In this document: in pieces, positions 18,180-28,041 of the stretch
Layout: each line of letters begins with the position of its first letter
Numbering within the stretch: the first letter of the stretch is position 1
Source of the DNA: an uncultured virus (IMG/VR IMGVR_UViG_3300032177_000007)
Taxonomy: Duplodnaviria; Heunggongvirae; Uroviricota; Caudoviricetes
IMG/VR virus record: IMGVR_UViG_3300032177_000007
DNA length: 64,000 nt
Strand: one strand, 5' to 3'
Notes under the pieces: model-generated
The model's input: the letters and a program-made list of their open reading frames with translations, nothing else
Databases searched by the model: none
Told to the model about the DNA's origin: nothing
Made by a program: the position numbers and the translations under genes

Positions 18180-19264
18180 CCTGTTAACTTCCTTGACATT
18201 AACGAAGTTACAAATTTATCTAACTGATGAGTTACCTTCAAGTAGAACAGCGGGAAACAAACCGCACGTAAAGCACTAGGCTGAACAAATTGTTCTGGTT
18301 GTAATTCATCATTTTTGAAATAAATATAAATGCAAAGGGCTCCTGCAATCTTAAATTGCAACCACCAATTTTCATGACAATCAGTCGAAGCAGGTAAATT
18401 ATTATTGATTGACACAGTCGAATGGGGCATACGAGCAGCTGACACAGTAATCCCTTGTAACTTATAATTTGAAACCCGAGCTATTTGAGCTAAAGATAAT
18501 ATTCTTTTCCAATCCTTGAATTCCTTAGAATTGACAAAATTGGAATGATCAAGATCCTGATACTCCTGAAATAATTTCCGATTTTGTGAATACACATTCA
18601 AAAATGTCAAAAGAGATTTCGCGTCTCTCAAACCAAACCAAGGAGAAACCCCTCCTAACTGTTTGAATTCACAGTTACCTCCTGAAGCAAAGAACTGAAA
18701 GAATTTTAAAGCTGCTCCTTCAGTTCTATCTAATTCCTTACTAATTGTCACGGTCACATTCATAATCTCATCAATCATTTTACGCCAAGATATATAATGC
18801 ATCCTGAAAGTACACAAGAAATTAAAAAGAGCTGCATGATTAGTCAACTGCACAAATAAAGACATTCTCGCTCGATCGAATGTCATTACATTATTTGAAT
18901 TGCCGCTCCTTAATCGCAAGTCATCGGTAAGACAACAAACTTGTTTCAACTCTAAGTCATAATTATCATTATTAAGATCTGAACAAATCTTTCTTCGGAA
19001 ACGATTCTGTAAACTCTTCACACTTGACTGAAATTCCGATAAGAAAAAATCTACAGACCACAAATGTCCTTCAAGCTTACAACCAAAACATAATACACCC
19101 CTGAAAGTGCCAATAAAGAATTCAGGAGACGACACACTTACATTTTTATCTTTATACTCATAAACAATATGCGGATTATCTGGTACTCCCAGTACTCTAG
19201 ACATTGGCAACTCCCAAACCTCTAACCTATTAGATGTTTTTAAACTGATTTTCGTCCAAGACAT
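18176..19264 (-). CDS. Hypothetical protein (362 aa)
   Basis: Long ORF in operon, no recognised motif. Confidence 0.65.
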   Translation of the reverse strand: MSWTKISLKTSNRLEVWELPMSRVLGVPDNPHIVYEYKDKNVSVSSPEFFIGTFRGVLCFGCKLEGHLWSVDFFLSEFQSSVKSLQNRFRRKICSDLNNDNYDLELKQVCCLTDDLRLRSGNSNNVMTFDRARMSLFVQLTNHAALFNFLCTFRMHYISWRKMIDEIMNVTVTISKELDRTEGAALKFFQFFASGGNCEFKQLGGVSPWFGLRDAKSLLTFLNVYSQNRKLFQEYQDLDHSNFVNSKEFKDWKRILSLAQIARVSNYKLQGITVSAARMPHSTVSINNNLPASTDCHENWWLQFKIAGALCIYIYFKNDELQPEQFVQPSALRAVCFPLFYLKVTHQLDKFVTSLMSRKLTG

Positions 19265-19268
19265 AATA

Positions 19269-19622
19269 TTAATTGGGCTTCAGTTTTGCAATCTCCTCAT
19301 CAGTTAACCACTCATACTCAAACTTATATCCTATACAACTCTTCGTCAGAGATGCTGGACTACTTGGATGATCGATACAAAATTGTGGACGATTGGGTTT
19401 ATCAAACAACCCACAAGATACTAACTTTGTCGAAGGATCAAAACACAAATGAACACAATGAACTGATTGCGCAACTTCTTGTTTAAGAAAGTGTTGTAAA
19501 TTCAGATTACCTTGAACTTTCTCCTTATTTATTACATCAGCAGTAACCAGTTCAACTAAACGACAGCACTGACCACACCTTAAACACTCTCCATATCTTA
19601 CAAGAACTCTTTTCTTTTCCAC
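19269..19622 (-). CDS. YkgJ-family cysteine-cluster protein
   Basis: GECLRCGQCC...CVHL......CGLF....RPQFCIDHP......C. Confidence 0.78.
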   Translation of the reverse strand: MEKKRVLVRYGECLRCGQCCRLVELVTADVINKEKVQGNLNLQHFLKQEVAQSVHCVHLCFDPSTKLVSCGLFDKPNRPQFCIDHPSSPASLTKSCIGYKFEYEWLTDEEIAKLKPN

Positions 19623-22261
19623 TAAACCTCCTTGAAAGACTTTGCATGTAATGCAAAGTCATAAAGATCTGTTCTCTTGGAATCTCTTAAACGGCCTAAA
19701 ATCTTATCCCAATCAATAGGTTGAACACTTTCTTCAGCTGAAATAATCTTTACCTGATTACGCAAATCCCACCCTATCGAAAAATCTACGGGGATGACCA
19801 AGTCCCCTATAATTGGTCTTAACATTTCATTCTTCTTTATCTCAAAAGCATCAATAAAAACTGACTGATGCATTCTTGATATCAGCGCGTCATGTATTTG
19901 TAAGTTGACAGTAGGTTTAGGTCTATCATTCCACTCCTTCGCCTCAAAGGCGTCATCTAGGTTACACAAGGAAACATTTGTCGTATACGCAACTCCAGTC
20001 TGAGGGAAACAATTATATCCTTCACGTTTTGCCTTTGAGTACATTCTATTACCAAATCGTCTACCTAATGCACCAACCATTCGCTTTTCATCTAAAGTAA
20101 TTTGGAATATCATACACTCTACAGGGAAATGACGTCGGAGACCCATTGGTGTCTCAACATATCCAAGTCGTGCGATATCATTCTCCCTATTACGCATAAA
20201 TTGTGGAATCTGATAAAACCTCTTAAAATAAGCTTCTATCAAATCACGAGCTTTAGATATATTCTCACGACTTGCACTTCCAAATACAAGCACAGCTACC
20301 CGAGGAGCAGACGCACCATAAATAACACCGAATGTCAAGTTTTTAGTTGTTTGCCTTTTCTCCGGCGTCACTTGCTCTTTAGAAATTTCAAAAAATATTG
20401 TAGCCGTAAGAACATGAATATCAACAGTAGGGTCTAATAACTCTTGAATACCACAGAAATAAGCTAACTCTCGAGCTTCAGCTCCAGAATAATCACCCTT
20501 TACAAGAACATGTTCATAAGGAGGTATCCCAACATCTGCAGTAAACAATTGCAAAACAGCGGATTGTCGTGGAAGAGTCTGAAGGGCAGGATCTGAAGAA
20601 CGCAAGCGAGACGTTTTAGTTAATGCAAATTGAGTGTGAATCAAACCTTCTGAATCAAGATACTCAGGATAACTATCAATATAAGTTGATAAAAGCTTAC
20701 ATGTCTTCCTATAATGTAATAACTGATCTGCAGGCTGAATTCCTTGCTCAGCAAGAGCTTTAAGCACTCCCGCCGTTAATGAAAGATTTCCCTTCTCAGT
20801 CTTTCTAATTAAACTCGGATACTGATCTTCTAGAATCCCTTTGAACGCATCAGCTACCTGATCAGAAGATCTTAGATTGTCAACACCAGGCATATATGAT
20901 TTGAAACCATGCTCAGACTGAGACATCTCACTCTTTAATTGATCATGAATTTCCTCTCTCACACTGAGATTCAAAATCATTCCATTCTCTTGAACTTTCC
21001 TTAACTTCAATAACAATCGATGCATATATTCATTATACAACTTCTGAACACGAGGCCAATCTAAACCTAAGAAACGTGGAATCGCATCAAGTAAAAGACG
21101 TGTTGCTATAGCATCAACACCATTATATTTCAAAAGACGAATTAACCAATACTTGTAATCCTCATAAAGTTCAGGCCCTTTACGTATGAAAGGCTCCAAA
21201 TTCTTGAATGAAAATGAATAAGGTTTAATCTTACAAAAGAAAGACGAAAGGAATTTGAGATTTTTAGGCATGAACTCGAATCCAAGGTGAGCTAAATACA
21301 TCGTGTCTGCAGCAGGAGGATTCCCTCGATATCCAAAGCGGTACATAAGAGAATAATCATACAAGAGATTGTGCATTATAAACTGTAAATGATTACACTC
21401 CGCAACTACCTTTAAGAAGTCAGAAAACGAAATGTTTGAATCAGGAAACCATGGATTGAATGCCATCGAAACGCTATTCACACCATCATAACTCAAACCA
21501 CCACATAAAGGCAACGAGGATAAATAAGGATTAGTATGTGTTGCTTCATAGTCTAGAGAAACAAAAGCTTTATCAGGAACAGACCCAAACCATGAAATCA
21601 TATCATTCTTATCAAGGATTAAACCTGCCTTATGATTTGTTGTAGATTCGAAAACATCTTCACCATTTAATATACCCTTAGCGTTTCGCAGTGCGAGAAC
21701 TAAATACCAAAAAACGCTTTCGTCACCCCCTGTATCAGAAATAAAAGCCTTCAACGCGTATGCTGGATGAATTGAGGGTATAATTTTCTGCCCATTAACT
21801 TCAAAGCAGCTACCACTAGCGTCAATAATACTTTCTTGAGAATCTGAATATATTCGAACCGCGGGTTTACCTAAACAGGTAATTACAGGAAAGTCTTTTA
21901 GTTTATCTCTTATATATGACGAAACAACATCAGAATCCCCTACTTTCCATCTGTACTCATCTGGCTTTTCAAAAGGAAAAACGTTTGTGATAAAACAGTT
22001 ATCACGAGGGAAATTAGAAAACTCTAAGCCAGCCTCAAGAACTACTCCTGCAGGACCTACAAAGGGAAATCCTAATTGGAATTCATCATCTGAGGGAGCT
22101 TCTCCCAACAAAGCCATCACAGGCTGTTTTGTGGGGAGATGATCATTATACATCCATCGCAAAGCATGCGCGATTTCATCCACACTAGAGTAATGTTTTG
22201 CAGATAAATACTTTCCTAGTCTACTGATAATTGGCTCATATATTCGAACAAGATCACTCAT
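19622..22261 (-). CDS. polA: Family A DNA polymerase with N-terminal uracil-DNA-glycosylase-like domain and 3'-5' exonuclease
   Basis: GEAP...E...G.PFVGPAG, ITN, HPAY (UDG family 4-like); DYE, HNLLYD, YNGVD (Exo I-III); DYSGAE, R...K...FG..YG, QIHD (Pol motifs A-C). Confidence 0.93.
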   Translation of the reverse strand: MSDLVRIYEPIISRLGKYLSAKHYSSVDEIAHALRWMYNDHLPTKQPVMALLGEAPSDDEFQLGFPFVGPAGVVLEAGLEFSNFPRDNCFITNVFPFEKPDEYRWKVGDSDVVSSYIRDKLKDFPVITCLGKPAVRIYSDSQESIIDASGSCFEVNGQKIIPSIHPAYALKAFISDTGGDESVFWYLVLALRNAKGILNGEDVFESTTNHKAGLILDKNDMISWFGSVPDKAFVSLDYEATHTNPYLSSLPLCGGLSYDGVNSVSMAFNPWFPDSNISFSDFLKVVAECNHLQFIMHNLLYDYSLMYRFGYRGNPPAADTMYLAHLGFEFMPKNLKFLSSFFCKIKPYSFSFKNLEPFIRKGPELYEDYKYWLIRLLKYNGVDAIATRLLLDAIPRFLGLDWPRVQKLYNEYMHRLLLKLRKVQENGMILNLSVREEIHDQLKSEMSQSEHGFKSYMPGVDNLRSSDQVADAFKGILEDQYPSLIRKTEKGNLSLTAGVLKALAEQGIQPADQLLHYRKTCKLLSTYIDSYPEYLDSEGLIHTQFALTKTSRLRSSDPALQTLPRQSAVLQLFTADVGIPPYEHVLVKGDYSGAEARELAYFCGIQELLDPTVDIHVLTATIFFEISKEQVTPEKRQTTKNLTFGVIYGASAPRVAVLVFGSASRENISKARDLIEAYFKRFYQIPQFMRNRENDIARLGYVETPMGLRRHFPVECMIFQITLDEKRMVGALGRRFGNRMYSKAKREGYNCFPQTGVAYTTNVSLCNLDDAFEAKEWNDRPKPTVNLQIHDALISRMHQSVFIDAFEIKKNEMLRPIIGDLVIPVDFSIGWDLRNQVKIISAEESVQPIDWDKILGRLRDSKRTDLYDFALHAKSFKEV

Positions 22262-23508
22262 TATTTCCCCTTAAACAATTCATATTTCTTTCCAAATCTA
22301 TCAGGGACAAGCCAACTTTTACCTTTAGGAATTATATTGAGAACAGGAAATTCTGTGTGCCAAGTATACTTATCCCAAATAGCAGGAATATCACTTGCCC
22401 AGTCTGTAAATACTAGAACCAGACTAATCTCTTCTCCCTGATTGCATAACTGCTGACAATAATCAAAAGGTTCTTTATGACTTGTACCTCCTCGACCAAT
22501 CATCTCAAACAAAGTTCCGGATCGATAAACCTCATCCCTATCTAGGATGGTAACTCCCCCGTCTTTGTCAACTGCAGCATCATGTTTGACGATGTGTAAA
22601 CGTTTGAACAGATGCGCGCAATTTCTTATTGCCCCTGAAAATGCTTTTGCTTCCTCTTTAGATATTGACCCAGAATGATCGACTAAACAAACGACGTCTG
22701 CCATCAAAAGTTCAGTATCATCAGCAGGAGCTAGAATGCCATGTGCAAACAATCTTTTGTTTACACTGCGCCAACTTCGGTTATCCGAAATTGACAACAT
22801 ATTCTTAATTGCATCCTCCAAAATAACTTCAGGAGGAATCACCACATCTATCAGATCAGATAACAATTCTCTAAGGAATCCCCTAAGTAAACCTCTACTT
22901 CTATCTGAATTGATATGAGCCCGAGCCTGAGAAACTAAATCACGCAAAGCCTTCAATGATTCCAAGGTTGCACTACATACAATCATATCTATCGGAAATT
23001 GATAATGCTTATCACCTACTTCAACCACAACCATAGTAGGAGGAAGAAAAATTACCTTTGCATTCTCCACCAACCATTTATAAACTTGCTCCGCTGTCCA
23101 ATTTTTATCTTTAATCTCCTCAAAAATCGTCCTGTCTTGGGGTTTTGAGATACTCTTCAAATACCCACAATCCATATCATGATCTAATGCAACATTAACT
23201 ACATGATCTATCGCGATAGCCCAAATATACCAAACATATTCTTCACTACATCTAAAGCAATGACCATTAAGCATATGAACCAATTCATGAATGACTATAT
23301 AAACCATTTCGGTTTCACTTTTTCCATTCACGAAATCTGGATTATATCGGCAGTACCACCCGCGGTCATAATAAATAGTCATTGTAGGAGTTAAAGGATC
23401 ATCTTCCGCCACTTTAAATTCTAAATTGTACAGAATAAGGCCCCAGAATCGTAAAGAGTCAGCAGTCAAAATCTTTAGGATAGATCTACGTAACGTTTCG
23501 TGAATCAT
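22261..23508 (-). CDS. Metallopeptidase-like (HExxH) plus VWA domain protein
   Basis: HELVH; DHSGS MIDAS; GRGGT; FTD. Confidence 0.85.
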   Translation of the reverse strand: MIHETLRRSILKILTADSLRFWGLILYNLEFKVAEDDPLTPTMTIYYDRGWYCRYNPDFVNGKSETEMVYIVIHELVHMLNGHCFRCSEEYVWYIWAIAIDHVVNVALDHDMDCGYLKSISKPQDRTIFEEIKDKNWTAEQVYKWLVENAKVIFLPPTMVVVEVGDKHYQFPIDMIVCSATLESLKALRDLVSQARAHINSDRSRGLLRGFLRELLSDLIDVVIPPEVILEDAIKNMLSISDNRSWRSVNKRLFAHGILAPADDTELLMADVVCLVDHSGSISKEEAKAFSGAIRNCAHLFKRLHIVKHDAAVDKDGGVTILDRDEVYRSGTLFEMIGRGGTSHKEPFDYCQQLCNQGEEISLVLVFTDWASDIPAIWDKYTWHTEFPVLNIIPKGKSWLVPDRFGKKYELFKGK

Positions 23509-24689
23509 GTGTATCTCACATCTTCAATTATTTGCTGGTAAACACTATCACTACAAATCTTCTTAATCGCAGCCATAACTGCTTGAAACAGTTTTTTGAT
23601 TTGCAGTGATTTCTCCAAAATGACAATTTCCTTTAATCCTACAATTGCAAGCTCTGAACTAACCTTTGTCATCTCACCTAGAATTCGGCTATAAGTATCC
23701 AATGCTCTTGCAACCAATACTATAGATTGTTGCTTAGCAGCACGGTCTACTAATTCCAGAGTTGCAGCGATGACATAAACATATCGATTGACCATTTCAT
23801 CGGGAATCAGAATATCGATCTTACCATTATAAACACCAGCCATGTCTATCTTTGAATAAATCTTGTAATACCCAGTAAAGTCACTTGCACCCTCTTCACC
23901 TAAATGTGAACTGCCTAAATACAAAACTTCTTCATGAGAAGGATTCTTTCGATTCGCTTCGATGATCGACAACATCCGAGCGAATCGAGTCCAACTTCTA
24001 GGAGAAGGCCAAGGGCGATCTACTTTCTCTTCTCCACAAAACCATTGCTTGTAACTTGCATGAGAAAGAAATGAGACTACCTTTTGGTTAACTCCATGTT
24101 CATATGCATAAGTATTCTTCCAGAAATCAAAATCTAAAGTCACTGGAAACTTTGCACACCTATTCATAACCGCTGAAAACTGAGACTTTGCTCCTGCTTT
24201 CGAACTATCATTACCTGCTAATACGAATCCCACATTCTTAGGAATCTCGTAACCCCGAAGCTTGCGATCTTGTGAAAACATTTCATACGAGAGATGTAGA
24301 TGAGCAGGAGATGCTAAATGATAATCATCCAAGAACCAAACTGTAGTCTTTCCGTTGCCAGCGATCTTATATAATTCTGTTAGCACTTCAGGGAGTCTCC
24401 ACATTGTCCCTCGATAAAGTATCTCATTAATTTCAATATCCTTGAAGTCAGGCATCCCTGAAATTTCTTCGATAGGACGAATAAAATGCAAATGTAAAAG
24501 ATTCCAATCATTCCTTTGACACATTTGAAGCAGGAGCGATGTTTTGGCTATACCTGGAGTACCTACCAGATAAGGAATAGCTACATCAGCTCCTGCTACC
24601 CAGAGTTTGATCATTGCCTCGACATACTCTAAAACCTCATGAATAGGCTTTGCATTAATCTTTGAAACTGTCATTGGAGAATCAGGCAT
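23505..24689 (-). CDS. MoxR-like AAA+ ATPase
   Basis: G.PGIAKT, FLDD, AGN, NR, SPRSW; paired with the VWA gene. Confidence 0.85.
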   Translation of the reverse strand: MPDSPMTVSKINAKPIHEVLEYVEAMIKLWVAGADVAIPYLVGTPGIAKTSLLLQMCQRNDWNLLHLHFIRPIEEISGMPDFKDIEINEILYRGTMWRLPEVLTELYKIAGNGKTTVWFLDDYHLASPAHLHLSYEMFSQDRKLRGYEIPKNVGFVLAGNDSSKAGAKSQFSAVMNRCAKFPVTLDFDFWKNTYAYEHGVNQKVVSFLSHASYKQWFCGEEKVDRPWPSPRSWTRFARMLSIIEANRKNPSHEEVLYLGSSHLGEEGASDFTGYYKIYSKIDMAGVYNGKIDILIPDEMVNRYVYVIAATLELVDRAAKQQSIVLVARALDTYSRILGEMTKVSSELAIVGLKEIVILEKSLQIKKLFQAVMAAIKKICSDSVYQQIIEDVRYT

Positions 24690-24700
24690 AACATACCTCC

Positions 24701-25747
24701 CTACTCTGCGTATTCCAAAACTACCTTAACCATATCATTTATCACTCTCGAATAACAACCACAAACCTGAAGAAGAAAAGACAAGCGACTAAAATCCTTA
24801 AACTTGATATTCAGAAAATAATATGCATAAGTTGCTCCTCCTGTACTAGACTTTTCAGCATGCCTAATACTAACTATATCACCGAAACGAAAACTTTTAC
24901 ATTTTCTGTGTGCAATTCTTAAAACTTTTTCGAAGAGTCCATTATCTTTACCAGTTTGCACTTGACTCCATGAAGCATTCTGACAACGATTACTAGAATC
25001 AATTACTTCCATCCACTGCCTTGTACTACTACCAATAGAAACTACTGTACAAGGAGGATCATTAATTTGAGATCCTAACAAAGGCGAATCTAACAATAAC
25101 CGCCCCAACACTGAATTATCTAATTCAACTAGAACTCTAAATGTTTTACCAATGTCACCTACAAGGGCAGTCAAATCCTTCGTGAAAGTAGTAGCCCATA
25201 AATCCTTATGGTGAATAACATAATAACTACTAAATTTGCCGTAACATAATACATAAGATGTTTCAAAGCCTCGAGAAGAAGAAGTACTACGAGCTTTCGC
25301 ATAAGAAACATTTATGTTCATCTTAACAACAAGCTGACGAAGTATATCATCTAGATGAAGAGGATCCAAAACGTTGACAGTAAATTTTTGAGGTTCAAAG
25401 AAGTGCAATTGATTTTCGACGTATGGAGTGATTTCATATAGAGAGGGATTAGAACCAAAAACTAAAGGAACAACAGTGACTAAGCATCTAGAAACAATCC
25501 ACTGACCACAAAAGAAGGTAAAACCATCATCTGTCCAACGATAAGAATTAAATTCGACAACACTGTACTTCGAATACTCGCGAGTCACATAGAAATCAAA
25601 TAAATCTTGAGTCATAAGTTCTGAATGTGTTTTATCTTTGAAAGCCCTTATTATACTATACCAAATAGTAGAAGCACCGCGGAACTTGGGCTTTTGAATT
25701 CCATGAACTCGACCAGTGGTACAAAAAAACTTTCTCCGTCTTCGCAT
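24701..25747 (-). CDS. Hypothetical protein (348 aa)
   Basis: First ORF after the promoter at 25800. Confidence 0.6.
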   Translation of the reverse strand: MRRRRKFFCTTGRVHGIQKPKFRGASTIWYSIIRAFKDKTHSELMTQDLFDFYVTREYSKYSVVEFNSYRWTDDGFTFFCGQWIVSRCLVTVVPLVFGSNPSLYEITPYVENQLHFFEPQKFTVNVLDPLHLDDILRQLVVKMNINVSYAKARSTSSSRGFETSYVLCYGKFSSYYVIHHKDLWATTFTKDLTALVGDIGKTFRVLVELDNSVLGRLLLDSPLLGSQINDPPCTVVSIGSSTRQWMEVIDSSNRCQNASWSQVQTGKDNGLFEKVLRIAHRKCKSFRFGDIVSIRHAEKSSTGGATYAYYFLNIKFKDFSRLSFLLQVCGCYSRVINDMVKVVLEYAE

Positions 25748-25799
25748 AATGCACCCAAATCAGAAACACAAACGAATAACAAAAATATCTTTTTATTCT

Positions 25800-25834
25800 A
25801 TTATATAAAACTTCTTAAGTTTTTTCAAGGGGTA
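25800..25834 (-). promoter_or_regulatory. Promoter TACCCC-TTGAAA-N17-TATAAT
   Basis: Near-consensus sigma70 promoter in an AT-rich intergenic gap. Confidence 0.8.
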
Positions 25835-25836
25835 AT

Positions 25837-26631
25837 TTAGGATTCTTTATGGAGCCTCCTTAATAAAATTTTCAAATGATGACTATAAATGTGTAATGAT
25901 TTACAACTAAAACTCAATGGCCCAGGTTGAACTCCCAACAGACCTGCAACAAATTCATTAAGTAAAGTAAAACCCGCAATGTTTGTTGGCCAGCCTCCGA
26001 AAGCGTCCCACGATCTATATATTACATGAGTCGAAAGAAACCCTTCAATCATTCGGAAATCCAAGGCAACTAAGCAAGGAGAAGTTCCTCTTTTAGTCTC
26101 ATCGGGTTCTGTAGGTATACGACAAAGAACACAAATAGAACCTCGAGGGTAATACGACTTACATTTTGGACAGCGGAAGAAGAATCTGTCATAAGCTAAG
26201 TTGCTGTCATGATTTCCAATTCGTATAGTACAATGTTCATTACCATAACCTACTTCTCGGAAATGTCTAATTACCCAATTTAATTGAGGTGTTGGACAGA
26301 TATCATTACCTCCGATAACCCACGAAGCATACTTATACTCTTCATTAGAGCCAAGAGTTGGATTCATAAGATAATCCGTAAAATACTCCTCAATAACTTC
26401 CTCAGTCGTGGGAGGATCTAAACCTAGTCCTTCAGGCATTTGTACAGCTAAAGGCCGGTTATGTGGATAATGAATGAAACCAGATACATGGTCAAACACC
26501 AAGCGATCTTCACCAGCATGCGATCCATCAGTAATGGTATAAGCCCGACCAAATCGATTAAGATTGATCAATATCTGATGCCACCCATCATCTATAGTAG
26601 TAGCATTAATGAAAACAGGTTGAAATTTCAT
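25837..26631 (-). CDS. thyA: Thymidylate synthase family (dUMP-type) with Zn-ribbon insert
   Basis: PCL, RSWD...G.P.N, SLHIY; insert CPKC.......CVLC. Confidence 0.85.
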   Translation of the reverse strand: MKFQPVFINATTIDDGWHQILINLNRFGRAYTITDGSHAGEDRLVFDHVSGFIHYPHNRPLAVQMPEGLGLDPPTTEEVIEEYFTDYLMNPTLGSNEEYKYASWVIGGNDICPTPQLNWVIRHFREVGYGNEHCTIRIGNHDSNLAYDRFFFRCPKCKSYYPRGSICVLCRIPTEPDETKRGTSPCLVALDFRMIEGFLSTHVIYRSWDAFGGWPTNIAGFTLLNEFVAGLLGVQPGPLSFSCKSLHIYSHHLKILLRRLHKES

Positions 26632-26682
26632 TTAATCTCCAGTTTCGGAAACCGCTTGTTCTTTAGACAAGCGGTAGTTGAC

Positions 26683-27420
26683 TTACTTGCCTTCCAGATA
26701 TTGTTCGGGATTGTCCTTATACTGTGTTGGGTCAGGAATACCAGCCATCCCAAAGGCCCAATGTCTTTCAACACAGCTTCCGCAATGCCCACAACTAAAA
26801 GGCCAGCGCCCTTCATAACAGGACCAAGTCAACTCGAGAGGCGTTCCTGATTCCGCACCAATCTGAACAATATCTGCTTTGGTCAAATACGTGAACGGCG
26901 CTAAAAGACTCACAGATCCTTCAGAACTCAAAGAGATAGCTGTATTCATTGCATCCACGAAGTCGGGACGGGTATCAGGATAAATATAATGATCGCCTGC
27001 ATGATTCGCATAAGCGACATAAGAATACTTCAAACTTTGAGCATAGCCTGCTGCAATAGACAACATAATGCTATTACGCCCAGGCACAACCGTTTGTTTC
27101 ATTGAAACATCTTCATAATGACCTCGAGGCGTATCTCTTCCACTCTTCAAAAGAGTAGAGACAAATAGTCGGTTGATAAAAGAAAGAGAAATACGAGGAG
27201 GAATATCAATATGACCAAAATTACATATCCTAATAAGAGCGTTATACTCCGCCTCATTATGTTTGGACTCATAATCAAATGTGATAAGTTTCAGTTTAAA
27301 ACTGTGCTTCTTCAGAAAGAAACACAATGAGGAAGAGTCTATTCCTCCTGAAGCTAAGAGCACTACCTTGCGGTTATCAGGATCAATCATGTCAACGTTT
27401 GTGTGTGTAAATGGAACCAT
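26683..27420 (-). CDS. queC: 7-cyano-7-deazaguanine synthase
   Basis: SGGIDS, VPGRN, HAGDH..YPD.R, TWSCY.....CG.CGSCVER. Confidence 0.95.
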   Translation of the reverse strand: MVPFTHTNVDMIDPDNRKVVLLASGGIDSSSLCFFLKKHSFKLKLITFDYESKHNEAEYNALIRICNFGHIDIPPRISLSFINRLFVSTLLKSGRDTPRGHYEDVSMKQTVVPGRNSIMLSIAAGYAQSLKYSYVAYANHAGDHYIYPDTRPDFVDAMNTAISLSSEGSVSLLAPFTYLTKADIVQIGAESGTPLELTWSCYEGRWPFSCGHCGSCVERHWAFGMAGIPDPTQYKDNPEQYLEGK

Positions 27421-27425
27421 AACTG

Positions 27426-27668
27426 TTACCTCCTGAATAAGTTTGGAATTTCCTGAGGACGCCCCAAATAATATTCGATCGACTCTGGTTTAAAACCAAT
27501 CACCAATTCTAACCTAATCTTCTTAAGAACCTCTTCACTGAGTACCCCTGAATAAGTTATAATTGGAAACCCCGTGTTTTGACAGCCGACATACTGTTTA
27601 TAATATTTCTCTTTTATCCACTCGATGTGTGCTGGTGTTAATTTCCCTTTGATTTCGATTTCATTCAT
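27426..27668 (-). CDS. Hypothetical protein
   Basis: ORF in operon. Confidence 0.55.
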   Translation of the reverse strand: MNEIEIKGKLTPAHIEWIKEKYYKQYVGCQNTGFPIITYSGVLSEEVLKKIRLELVIGFKPESIEYYLGRPQEIPNLFRR

Positions 27669-27669
27669 T

Positions 27670-28041
27670 TTAGTTCGTTCTTTTAGTTACCACATTCAAT
27701 ACAGGAACTTTGATTTTCGAAACAAGTTCAATAAATTTACAATACACAGGCTCAGGAATAACTTGATCATAAAAGATTACATGCTCCATCTTAAACGTCG
27801 GAGGTTCTTGACCTAAAGGGTTCAATGGATACATAGCAACCTCAATCTGCTGATCCCTTCCAAATAGAGGGGGAGCAGGAAGTTTAGGAAACTTCAATCC
27901 TAAACACTTCTCAATACGCTGTGGTATCTCACCCTCTAAAATAAGATAACCAATTCCTAACTCTCCTGAAACCGACTTGAAAATTACAACTCTTCGATCT
28001 TCAGACATTTTGAAAGTCTCCTGTATCCTTCTCGTCATCAC
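27670..28041 (-). CDS. Hypothetical protein
   Basis: ORF in operon; probable start MSEDRR. Confidence 0.55.
   Translation of the reverse strand: MMTRRIQETFKMSEDRRVVIFKSVSGELGIGYLILEGEIPQRIEKCLGLKFPKLPAPPLFGRDQQIEVAMYPLNPLGQEPPTFKMEHVIFYDQVIPEPVYCKFIELVSKIKVPVLNVVTKRTN

Noticed and set aside
25837..26631. dCMP hydroxymethylase (T4 gp42-like)
   Set aside because: The specificity residue is Asn (RSWD...PTN), indicating a dUMP substrate rather than dCMP.
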